Shown here piece by piece: positions 19,844 through 28,672 of a stretch of DNA of 64,000 nt; within the stretch, counting starts at the first letter, position 1, and the number at the start of each line of letters is the position of its first letter. A program made the position numbers and the translations under genes. This DNA comes from an uncultured Acidimicrobiia bacterium (GTDB lineage Bacteria; Actinomycetota; Acidimicrobiia; Acidimicrobiales; AC-14), in contig CAWIIV010000015.1 in the NCBI GenBank assembly GCA_963836205.1, positions 96,001 to 160,000 of the forward strand. Direction: 5' to 3'. Below the pieces are notes generated by a model. That model was not told the DNA's origin. It saw nothing but the letters and a program-made list of their open reading frames with translations, and did not search any database.

Positions 19844-19900
19844 GGCGGCCTCCCGAACGTTAGCCGCCGAGCGATGATCGAGGTCTCACGCGGCGTTGGC

Positions 19901-20771
19901 TCATCGGCTTGCCTTCCCGGCCGGAGGAAGTCCGGCCGTGTGACGGAGGATCGCAGCCACGATGGTCGGCCAATCGACTCGGTAGACGCCATGGCCGGCT
20001 CCCTCGACCGGTTGCAGCGTGGCGCCGGGGATCTCCTCGGCCAACACCTGGCCGTGTGCGAGCGGGAACAACGGGTCGGCTGTGCCGTGGATCACAAGCG
20101 TCGGCACGGTGATCGATGACAGTGACGGATGGGGCCGGTCGCGGTGAGCCATGACGTCGTGGTTCTGCAGCGACGCGACGTTGTCGGCGCGCTCCACGTC
20201 ACGGCGGACCAGGTCACGGCATGCGGCTTCGTCGAATGGTCGTGTGCCCGCCGGCAAGAAGCCGGGAGTAGCCGACCAGGTACTCGATCACCGACTCGCG
20301 GTCCGACCAGTCGACCGTCGCCTCAGCCACGAAGTGGCTGAAATCCTCGGTCGGCGGTGGGAGGTCCCGGTCAACGGGAACCGCAGGCGAGGTGCTGATG
20401 AGCACGAGTGACAAGACCCGATCGGCGAAGTCCAGGGCCAAGAGTTGCGCCATGGCCCCGCCCGCGGAGACGCCCACCACGTGTGCCGACCCGAGACCAT
20501 AGTCATCGAGCACTCCGGCCGCGTCGGCGAGAAGGTCAGCATCGTTGTAACCGGGACGCCCGGGTTCGTAGGTGGTCGATCGGCCTGTGTCGCGGTGGTC
20601 GTAACGGATCACGAGCCGGCCACCGTCCGCCAGGCTCCGACAGAACTCCTCCTCCCACCACAGCATGGATGCGCCGAGACCCATGACAAGAAGAACCGGC
20701 GGATCGGTCGGTTCGCCGAACGACTCCGTGCACAGTCGGATCCCGCCCGCTTCGATGATGCGCTCGGCCAC
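19901..20771 (-). CDS. Alpha/beta hydrolase (frameshift near 20250)
   Basis: GVSAGG nucleophile motif; C-terminal TLVIHGTADPLFP...GAGH lies in another frame. Confidence 0.8.
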
Positions 20772-20917
20772 GTCGCCTCCTTCCGCGGCAGTTTCGGAGT
20801 CGGACGCCCGCCACCATCGATCGGCTCGGCGCGCCGGCCTCATCGATCGGCGAGGACACGCCGATCTTGCCATCATCACCGCAACAGATCGCCGGGTACC
20901 GCCGTGCGAGAGCCCGA

Positions 20918-20947
20918 GCGTCCCAAAACGCGCGTCCCAAGCGTCCC
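20918..20947. repeat. Three short direct repeats GCGTCCC(A)
   Basis: gcgtccca-aaacgc-gcgtccca-a-gcgtccc at the left edge of the accessory region. Confidence 0.5.
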
Positions 20948-21043
20948 GCTGAACGCGACGGTGTCCGTCCTCGAGTGCCGGTAGCGGCAGGGAGATAGCC
21001 GCTGATCCTGGCCGTATCGACGCCGTCCCCGCAGCGACACCAC

Positions 21044-21157
21044 CGTGCCGTGGTTCGTCGCCGCGCCGCTGATGTGCCGATCGAGAACGGCGTCCACGGA
21101 GCGATACCCGTCGTCGGCCACGAGCGGGGCCTCGTCAGAGATCCGGCATTCCCTCTC
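21044..21157. repeat. Diverged ~113-bp repeat, copy A (copy B at 31999-32112)
   Basis: Shared blocks ccgatcgagaacg, ccacggagcgatacccg and gagcggggcc.cgtcaga. Confidence 0.75.
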
Positions 21158-21351
21158 AAGTGCCGCATATTCGATCGGATGCGTATTCGTCAGCGACCGG
21201 TCGGAGGGCTCCTGACCAGCATGTCTGCGTCCCGGCTCCGGCTGTGAGGGTCGTCGATGGCGAGGGCTAGATGGGCTCTGACCTGGGCATTCGCGCGGTG
21301 GTCGCATCAGATGATTGACTCCGTCTTCTATTTCGCGGCCTTGGGGAGAGC

Positions 21352-22464
21352 GTGCAACGCCACATCGAGGTCCGTGGAGCGGCCCAGCTCCACCTGGTTG
21401 ACGACGTCGGGCTGCTCGATCCCGAGGGCCACGTCTTCGAGGCGATGCTCGACGGGTGGCGCTCCCAGCAGCTGAGCCGCAACCTCGCCTTCAGCACCAT
21501 CGACGCCGGGGCCCGGGTGGTGCGCCGCTTCCGGGGCGACGTCGAGGACTGGCCCTGGCGGTGGTCGCCGGGCCAGCTCGAGGGCTGGTCGGCCGAGCGG
21601 CGGGTCGAGCGCCGGTGGGCGCACTCGACGCTGCGGTCCTATCAGCAGTCGTTGCGCTCGTTCCTGGCTTACGTGGTCGACCCCGTCTATGGCTGGGACA
21701 GCGAATGCCTGACCCGCTTCGGGACCCACGCGGTGCAGATCTGCGGGCCCACCAGCGCCGCGGTCCACGTCACCGACTACGAGGGCCGGCCCGGGCGGCG
21801 GTCCCTGACCAGGGCGGAGCTGCAGGCCCTGTTCGACGCGGCCGACGACGCGGTGGCCTCCATCCGCACCCGGGGTCGCAAGGGCTGGGTGCCGGCGTTT
21901 CGCGACGCCACCATGTTGAAGGTCCTCTATGGCTGGGGGCTGCGCCGGCGCGAGGCCCTGATGCTTGAAGCGGCCGACTTCGGCTCCAACCCCCAGGCCC
22001 CGGAGTTCGGCGACTTCGGCGTCTGCTACGTCCGCTGGGGCAAGGCCAGCCGGGGCTCCGCCCCCCGGCGGCGCAGCGTGCTGACGGTGATGGGCTGGAC
22101 GGCGGAGGTCATCGGCGAGTGGGTCAACGACATCTGGCCCCACGTCCGGGCCGACGGCGAGGGTGGCCTGTGGCCGTCGGAGCGCCGGCCCCGGGTCAGC
22201 GCCGACCGCCTCAACGCCGCCTTCGCCCGGGCCGCGGCCGACGCCGGACTGCCGGCCGGGCTGAGCCCGCACTGCCTGCGCCACTCCTACGTGACCCATC
22301 TCATCGAGGACGGCTTCGACGTGCTGTTCGTCCAGCAGCAGGTCGGCCACGAGCACGCCTCGACCACCTCGATCTACACCTCGGTGTCGTCGGACTACAA
22401 GACCCGGGTCCTGCGCGCCGCCCTCGACCGGGTGGTGGCCGAGGCCAAAGGAGCCACGCCGTGA
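21352..22464 (+). CDS. Tyrosine recombinase/integrase
   Basis: Full catalytic set: GLRR, GK, HCLRH, VGH, TSIYT. Confidence 0.93.
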   Translation: MQRHIEVRGAAQLHLVDDVGLLDPEGHVFEAMLDGWRSQQLSRNLAFSTIDAGARVVRRFRGDVEDWPWRWSPGQLEGWSAERRVERRWAHSTLRSYQQSLRSFLAYVVDPVYGWDSECLTRFGTHAVQICGPTSAAVHVTDYEGRPGRRSLTRAELQALFDAADDAVASIRTRGRKGWVPAFRDATMLKVLYGWGLRRREALMLEAADFGSNPQAPEFGDFGVCYVRWGKASRGSAPRRRSVLTVMGWTAEVIGEWVNDIWPHVRADGEGGLWPSERRPRVSADRLNAAFARAAADAGLPAGLSPHCLRHSYVTHLIEDGFDVLFVQQQVGHEHASTTSIYTSVSSDYKTRVLRAALDRVVAEAKGATP

Positions 22465-22790
22465 AACGCAGCGTCGCCTATCGCTGGGCCCTGCGGGAGG
22501 TGATGGCCACCCACGGTCTGTGGAAGACCTCCGACCTGGCCCCGCTGCTGGCGGAGCGGGGCGTGGAGCTGTCCCCGGCCCAGGTCTACCGCCTGGTGGC
22601 CCGCACCCCCGAGCGCCTGTCGCTGCCCACCCTGGCCGCCCTGTGCGACATCTTCGCCTGCACCCCCGCCGACCTCATCGAGTGCTCCGTCGTGCCCACC
22701 GGAGCGAAAAAGCCCAGCCCAGCGGGGTCGGTGGTCGACCTCGCCGCCGTCGGTCGACCCCGCCGGGCGCGTGTCGGGCCGCCGGGGTGA
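22461..22790 (+). CDS. Xre-family HTH protein
   Basis: GTGA overlap with the integrase; LSPAQVYRLV..PERL..LAALCDIF.C.PADL. Confidence 0.85.
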   Translation: MKRSVAYRWALREVMATHGLWKTSDLAPLLAERGVELSPAQVYRLVARTPERLSLPTLAALCDIFACTPADLIECSVVPTGAKKPSPAGSVVDLAAVGRPRRARVGPPG

Positions 22791-24202
22791 GCGTCTCCGG
22801 GGCGGCGTCGGCGGCGACGACGCCGGCCCGTGCGTGCTCGCTGTGCGGTTCGTCCGCCGACATGAAACGGCAGCGGCTGGTGTGTGCCCGCTGCCGTCTG
22901 CGCCACCTCAGCGTGGAGGTTCTCGACGACGGCCACGGCTGCGTCGACGCCCGCCTCCTCGGCCTGCACGAGGGGCTGTGCGCCATGGCCGTGCCCCACA
23001 ACGGCCGGTGCTGGCTCGGCCAGCCCGCGGTGCGGGAGCGGCTCCGTCGCCTCGTCAGCGGCGAGGTCGCCCTCACCCACGACGGCGTCGACACCCTGGC
23101 CGCCGGGCTCGGGCGGGAGTACCTGCGCGAGCTGCTGGTGGCGCACCGGGTCCTGCCGGCGAGGGACAAGTACCTGGCCGCCTTCGAGCGCTGGACGACG
23201 ACCCGCCTCGACACCGTCCCCGCCGGCGAGGACCGCCAGCTGATCCGCACCTACCTGGCCTGGCACCACCACCGCCGGCTGCGGGAGCGGGCCGAGCTCG
23301 GCCTCCTGCACGAGTCGACGGCCCAGTCCGCCCGCCAGCAGACCAACGTCGCCGTCGCCTTCCTGGCCCGGCTGGCGGAGCGGGGCCGGTCCTTGGCCGA
23401 CTGCCGCCAGGCCGACATCGACGAGTGGTTCGCCACCGGCACCACCACCCGCTGGGCCCTGCGGAACTTCCTCACCTGGGCCATCGTCCAGCGGCGCTGT
23501 CCGGCGCTGGAGGTTCCCCGCTACCGGGGCCGCAGCGCCCCGGCACTGTCCCAGCAGGTCCGCCTGGTGATCCTCAACCGGCTCTTCACCGACACCGACG
23601 TCGAGCTGTCCGACCGCGTCGCCGGCTGCCTGGTGCTCATCTACGCCCAGCCCATCGCCCGCATCCGGACCCTCACCGTCGACGACCTCGACCGCCGGGG
23701 CCAGGAGACGTGGATCCGCTTCGCCCGGGAGCACGTGCCCCTGCCCGAGCCCGTCGGCGAGCTGGCCACCACGCTGGCCGCCACCGCCCGGCGCAACATG
23801 GCCACCGCCGCCAACCCGACCTCGCCCTGGCTGTTCCCGGGCCGGGCACCCACCCAGGCGGTGCAGGCCGAGCAGCTCGCGGAGCGCCTCGCCCGCCTCG
23901 GCATCTCCCGCGTCGGTCGGTTGGCTGCGCTCAACAGCCTCGTCGCCCAGGTGCCCGGTCCCGTCCTCGGACAGCTCATCGGCTACAGCGCCACGATCAT
24001 CGCCCAGCACGCCTCCGCGCAGGGCGTCGACTGGGCCTCCTACGCCGCCCTCAAGTCCCCGGCGAACGGGCTCACTGACCGCGATTACGCACGACTCGAA
24101 TATGCGTCTCTACCAATCGGCTGGCCCGGACAGTCGACACGGAGCATCCTGGGGCGGGTGGACGGATTCTTCCTTGGGGGTTCGATCGCCCCCATGGGCT
24201 GA
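22787..24202 (+). CDS. Zn-finger plus catalytically degenerate tyrosine-recombinase-like protein
   Basis: CSLC/CARC at the N-terminus; DRVAGCLVLIYAQP..RI..L...D and WLFPG resemble recombinase boxes but lack R/HxxR; frame runs through the right TIR. Confidence 0.7.
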   Translation: MSVSGAASAATTPARACSLCGSSADMKRQRLVCARCRLRHLSVEVLDDGHGCVDARLLGLHEGLCAMAVPHNGRCWLGQPAVRERLRRLVSGEVALTHDGVDTLAAGLGREYLRELLVAHRVLPARDKYLAAFERWTTTRLDTVPAGEDRQLIRTYLAWHHHRRLRERAELGLLHESTAQSARQQTNVAVAFLARLAERGRSLADCRQADIDEWFATGTTTRWALRNFLTWAIVQRRCPALEVPRYRGRSAPALSQQVRLVILNRLFTDTDVELSDRVAGCLVLIYAQPIARIRTLTVDDLDRRGQETWIRFAREHVPLPEPVGELATTLAATARRNMATAANPTSPWLFPGRAPTQAVQAEQLAERLARLGISRVGRLAALNSLVAQVPGPVLGQLIGYSATIIAQHASAQGVDWASYAALKSPANGLTDRDYARLEYASLPIGWPGQSTRSILGRVDGFFLGGSIAPMG

Positions 24203-24772
24203 CCGTCAGCTTCCTCGCCTCACCAGCCGGCCTCCTCGTCGAGGAGTTGATCGCGTGGCGCCGTGGCCTAGGTCAGCGCGTCGAGCAGAGTGCCCCGTCG
24301 GTCCTGCCCGATTGCGCCGCGGCTCTTGATCCCCTCGAGTCGCCATGGACGACCGAGCCACTGGTCGATTGCGGAGGATGGTCCGCGTGCCTGAACAACG
24401 GCATCGACGGCGGTGACCCGACCGCTGCCGCCCCGTACCTCTCCAGCCGCCTCCAAGTGGACTGCGTGATCGCGACGCATGCTCCTCGCCACGCTCCGGG
24501 ACACGCGCCACTCAGCTCTGGTTGCTTGGGCCCGACGGAGAACCGCCGCTCATGCACAAACGCACCCTCGCCGCCCACGCCGAGGACGGCCGCTGGTCGT
24601 GGCACGAAGCCGGGTCGCCTCAGCCGTTTGAGCAGCTGGATCGGTACCGTGCGCGGCTGATCAAAAGCCGGTTCGACCGCCTTCTTCTCGTGCAGTACCT
24701 GTCCGCTCTCGGTATTCACGTCCATGACGCAGGCTTCTACGGGAAGGGAATCGCAGTACGCCAACGAGTGAC

Positions 24773-26202
24773 GGTCACGTCCACGGACGTGGTGTATGAC
24801 CACCACCACGTCAACCTCGGGGACTTGTTTACCCCACCTTGGCCAGGTCGGTGTCGTTGGTCGTGTCATCGAGCCCTCCGTCGATGACGATCATTCGGGC
24901 CTTGGCCAGCAGCTCGGGGGACATGTAGCGCCGGGCGACGGCCCACTCGTCGTTCTGCTCGGCCAGCACTGCCCCCACGAGGCGGATCACGGCGGCCCGG
25001 TTGGGGAAGATGCCGACCACGTCGGTGCGCCGGCGCAGCTCCTTGTTGAGCCGCTCCTGGGGGTTGTTGGACCAGATCTGGCGCCAGTGCTCCTTGGGGA
25101 AGGTGGTGAAGGCCAACAGGTCCGCCCGGGCGTCGATGAGCATCCCGGCGGCCTCGGGGTACTTGGCCACCAGCTGTTCCACCACCCGGGCGTGCTGAGC
25201 GACGACCTGGGTGGCATCGGGCTGCTCGAAGATGGTGCGCACCCCCGTGGCCACCATGGTCTGGGCCGAGCGGGGCACCTTGGAGAGCAGGTTGCGCACG
25301 AAGTGGGTCCGGCAGCGCTGCCAGGTGGCGCCCGGCAGCACCCCCGCGATGGCGGCCTTGAGGCCCTCGTGGGCGTCGGAGACGACGAGGCACACCCCCG
25401 ACAGGCCCCGGGCCACCAGTCCCCGCAGGAACGTCGTCCAGCCTGCTCCCGTCTCGGTGGTGAACACGTCCATGCCCAGGATCTCCCGGTGCCCGTCGGC
25501 GTTGACGCCGCAGGCCACGGCGCAGGCGATGTTGACGATGCGGCCCTCCTCCCGCACCTTCTGGGTCAGCGCGTCGATGGCCACGTAGGCGTAGGGCCCG
25601 GCGTCGAGGGGCCGGGAGCGGAAGGCGTCGACGGCGGCGTCGAGGCTGCGGGCCATCTCCGAGACCTGGGACTTGGAGATCCCGTCGATGCCCATGGACT
25701 GCACCAGGGCGTCCACCCGCCGGGTCGACACGCCGGCCACGTAGGCCTCGGCCACCACCGCCACCAGGGCCTTCTCCGCCCGCCGGCGGGGCTCGAGCAG
25801 CCAGTCGGGGAAGTAGCTGCCCGAGCGCAGCTTGGGCACGGCCAACTCGATGGTGCCGGCCCGGGTGTCGAAGCCACGGCCGCGGTAGCCGTTGCGGGAG
25901 TTCACCCGCTCCGGGCTGCGCTCGCCCCAGGCCGCGCCGCAGGCGTTGTCGGCCTCGGCCGACATGAGCTGCTCGGCGAAGACCTTGACCATGTCGCGGA
26001 TGACGTCGTTGCCGCCCTCGCCGTCGATGTGCTTGCGCAGCCAGGCGAGTGCGCTAAAGGTGTCAGGGACCACCGTGTTCCTCCTCAGTTGGTTGCTTGG
26101 TCTCTTCCTTCTGAGGTTGACGCGGTGGTCGTCGCGTCGGGGGGATGGTCAGGCCGTCAGGCCCTCAGCGCCGACTCGTACACCACGTCTGTGGACGCAA
26201 CT
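24773..26202 (-). mobile_element. IS256-family insertion sequence (copy 1)
   Basis: ~27-bp imperfect TIRs (cgtccac.gacgtggtgta); 9-bp target duplication ACGAGTGAC at 24764-24772 and 26203-26211. Confidence 0.92.
24829..26073 (-). CDS. IS256 mutator-type transposase
   Basis: RNGY, PKLR.GSYFP, GVSTR, SDAH.GL, WQRCRTH, NNPQERLNKELRRR. Confidence 0.95.
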   Translation of the reverse strand: MVPDTFSALAWLRKHIDGEGGNDVIRDMVKVFAEQLMSAEADNACGAAWGERSPERVNSRNGYRGRGFDTRAGTIELAVPKLRSGSYFPDWLLEPRRRAEKALVAVVAEAYVAGVSTRRVDALVQSMGIDGISKSQVSEMARSLDAAVDAFRSRPLDAGPYAYVAIDALTQKVREEGRIVNIACAVACGVNADGHREILGMDVFTTETGAGWTTFLRGLVARGLSGVCLVVSDAHEGLKAAIAGVLPGATWQRCRTHFVRNLLSKVPRSAQTMVATGVRTIFEQPDATQVVAQHARVVEQLVAKYPEAAGMLIDARADLLAFTTFPKEHWRQIWSNNPQERLNKELRRRTDVVGIFPNRAAVIRLVGAVLAEQNDEWAVARRYMSPELLAKARMIVIDGGLDDTTNDTDLAKVG

Positions 26203-26544
26203 ACGAGTGACCCACCCCGTTCGGCGGGAGACCGCTTCCGAGGTCCGCGACAGATTCGGGTGGTAGCGCGGCACATCGAGGATTCCTGGACCCACGGCGA
26301 CCGGTCGATGGGTGCGAGCTGCGCCACGCCGAAGGAGCTTGTGTAATCACGGGCCTTCGGTGTTACCGACCAGTGCGATCGTCGGCGACGTAGGTGGGTA
26401 GCCGGCAGTATTCCCTGGTCTCGTCTCGTCGGCAGAGTAAACCGATTGGGGGTCACTTCTACCGCGGTCCCTTTGGTAATCCCAGTCAGCCTCTCGAGTA
26501 TGACACTCCACCTTTCGGACAAGAGCCATTCCCGGGAGCGGGGC

Positions 26545-28003
26545 GAGGATGTCCCGAGTTCCGTGGAACTTCGGTGGCGGCCCCGATGATCAGGCGGCTA
26601 CTTCCCCATCCTCGCACGGGGGTGCGACAACCTTCGTGACGTGAGCGTCAAGGGCGGTCCGGAGGGCGGGCAGGTGGAGAAATCCGTTCACCCGGCGGAA
26701 CTGCTTGGCCGCCTCCACCATGCCCGCCGCACACCAGCGCAGCGCCATCGTCCCGTCCCGCCAGCGCTTCACGTTGGTCGAGTGATCCCGGCAGATCTCG
26801 ATCATCGACTCGATGGCGTTGGTCGAGCGCAGCGTTCGGGCCAGCGTCGGCGGCACCCCGAGGCGGCTGACGGTGAGCGTCTCGGCCAGGCCCTCCCGCA
26901 GGCTGCCAGCGGCACCGGGGTGGCCCTTGTCCAGATCCCGGGCCAGGGCTTCGAGTGTCGCCTCGGCGGCCAACGCGTCAGCGTCGTGGTAGGCCGCTCG
27001 CATCTTGCGGGCCACCGTGGCCGCCATGTCCTTGGGCAGTCGCGACTCGACATTGCGGATCTTGTGGAGCTGGCAACGAGCCACGACCGGGTGGTCGAAC
27101 ACCGCCTTGACCGCCGCCACCAGCGCCTTTGCCCCGTCGAGCACGCACAGGATGGGCCTGGTGGTGTCCAGGCCCCGATCCCGAAGGCCGGTGAGGAGGT
27201 CCTTGACGATGGTGGCGTTCTCGGTGTCGCCCTCCACCACCCCGAGCGGGTGCTTCGTCCCGTCGATGCCGATCCCCAGTGCCACCACGCAGACGTGGTC
27301 CGCGAAGTGCACGCCGTCGATCATCAGCGCCACCAGGTCGAGGCCCGACAGGTCGGCGGCCAACATGGTGGCCAGGGCCGATTCGGTGGCGGTCACGAAC
27401 CGCCGGCTGACCGCCGACTTCGACTTCGATCGAGCTGCTGCCTCGACCCCGGTGCCGACCGGCTCGAGTCCGGCCGAGTACCGCCGAGTCGACAGCTTGG
27501 CCATCATGCGCTCCAGCGCCATCGAATCGAGCAGCTCGGTGGAGGCGAACAGGTCGTAGGCCGGCACCGCCACCTCGGCGGTTCCGTCCACGCTGCGCAT
27601 GCGCGGCCGCTGCACCGGCAACCGCCGCCCGCCGAGGGTCACCGAGCCGTCCTCGGTTCCGTGGCGGACGGCGGTTCGATCGGGATCATGGACGCCCTTG
27701 GGCCCGCAGGCGGCGGTGACGCTCTCCTGCATCATCACGTGCATGACCTGCAGCCCAGCCCCGACGGCCAAGGCGAGAAGGCCCTCGCGCACTGTCTCGG
27801 CCAGCTCGGCCATGGCCAGGCTCACGGTGTCGGGCAGGGCGAGCTCGGCGGTCGCCGCGTGCGCGGCCTTGGTCTGATAGTTCTTCTTCACTGGCGGTCC
27901 CCTCGCTGGTCGAGTGACTTGGCGGTCGCCCGACACCTACCATCCGGCAGGTCTCAGGCGGGGGACCGCCACCTCAAACTTCTACGACGACCGGGACAAC
28001 CCT
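26545..28003 (-). mobile_element. IS256-family insertion sequence (copy 2, different subgroup)
   Basis: Ends gaggatgtcccg / cgggacaaccct; target duplication AGCGGGGC(G) at 26537 and 28004. Confidence 0.88.
26590..27891 (-). CDS. IS256-family transposase
   Basis: LSTRRY, MIDG, LDGAKAL, RCQLHK, STNAIES; start probably GTG of VKKNYQ. Confidence 0.92.
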   Translation of the reverse strand: MKKNYQTKAAHAATAELALPDTVSLAMAELAETVREGLLALAVGAGLQVMHVMMQESVTAACGPKGVHDPDRTAVRHGTEDGSVTLGGRRLPVQRPRMRSVDGTAEVAVPAYDLFASTELLDSMALERMMAKLSTRRYSAGLEPVGTGVEAAARSKSKSAVSRRFVTATESALATMLAADLSGLDLVALMIDGVHFADHVCVVALGIGIDGTKHPLGVVEGDTENATIVKDLLTGLRDRGLDTTRPILCVLDGAKALVAAVKAVFDHPVVARCQLHKIRNVESRLPKDMAATVARKMRAAYHDADALAAEATLEALARDLDKGHPGAAGSLREGLAETLTVSRLGVPPTLARTLRSTNAIESMIEICRDHSTNVKRWRDGTMALRWCAAGMVEAAKQFRRVNGFLHLPALRTALDAHVTKVVAPPCEDGEVAA

Positions 28004-28046
28004 AGCGGGGCGGCCTGGTGGATCAGCTAGGTGCCCGACCTTCCAT

Positions 28047-28628
28047 ATGCCCAGGCTTGACCCACGACGCCTCGATGTGCAGACCGAACAACTGAGTATG
28101 CTTGAGCGCATGGCTCGGTCACCATGGGCGGCACGCGGTGTCGACCTCTGGTCAATCTCGGCAGCGGAGCGGTTCGCTCAAATCGCCGTGCATGAAAGCG
28201 GCCACGCCGTTATTGGCGTCCGGAGGGGTTTCGACGTGCTCGACGTGCAATTAGGGGATTCAAGCGATTGTCCGTCAGGGCTTGCAGCCGGCGGGACCAG
28301 GTTTGACGCCCCGAGCGGAGACCAGGTTGAACTCGCCAAGGCCCATCCGAGGAAGATTGCCCCGGTCCTATTGGCTGGTTCGCTTGCGGAACAGCTCATT
28401 CTTGGGCGATACCCGGAGGACGGGTATTTGGAGGACTTTCGCATCATGCGTATCGGATTAGGATGGATCGAAGCACTCACCGACGAGCAATGTCCGGATT
28501 TTCGCGGCCTCATGGCGCTGTCCCAACAAGTTGTACTAAGCGAAGAGCAAGCGATTCGGAAGGTTGCGACTGCACTGGTGGTGTCAAGACGATTGGATAG
28601 GCCAGAGATTCTGGAACTGGTAGCTTAA
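28047..28628 (+). CDS. Stand-alone HExxH metallopeptidase (M41/FtsH protease-domain-like)
   Basis: AVHESGHAV...LLAGSLAE...D. Confidence 0.7.
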   Translation: MPRLDPRRLDVQTEQLSMLERMARSPWAARGVDLWSISAAERFAQIAVHESGHAVIGVRRGFDVLDVQLGDSSDCPSGLAAGGTRFDAPSGDQVELAKAHPRKIAPVLLAGSLAEQLILGRYPEDGYLEDFRIMRIGLGWIEALTDEQCPDFRGLMALSQQVVLSEEQAIRKVATALVVSRRLDRPEILELVA

Positions 28629-28672
28629 GCTTGCATGTTTCGCGGGCCCCGACTGGGCGACTTGCCTAGGGC

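Larger units (their letters stand above)
21164..24106 (+). mobile_element. Three-gene tyrosine-recombinase element with terminal inverted repeats
   Basis: CGCATATTCGA (21164-21174) is the reverse complement of TCGAATATGCG (24096-24106), extending imperfectly to ~30 bp; encloses three overlapping genes. Confidence 0.75.
24158..26266 (+). pseudogene. Uncharacterised (immunity-protein-like) gene, frameshifted and interrupted by IS256
   Basis: Segments FLGGSIAP / LIAWRR / WSWHEAGSPQPFEQLDRY lie in shifting frames; reading resumes after the IS (RVTHPVRRET...FGW*). Confidence 0.55.
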
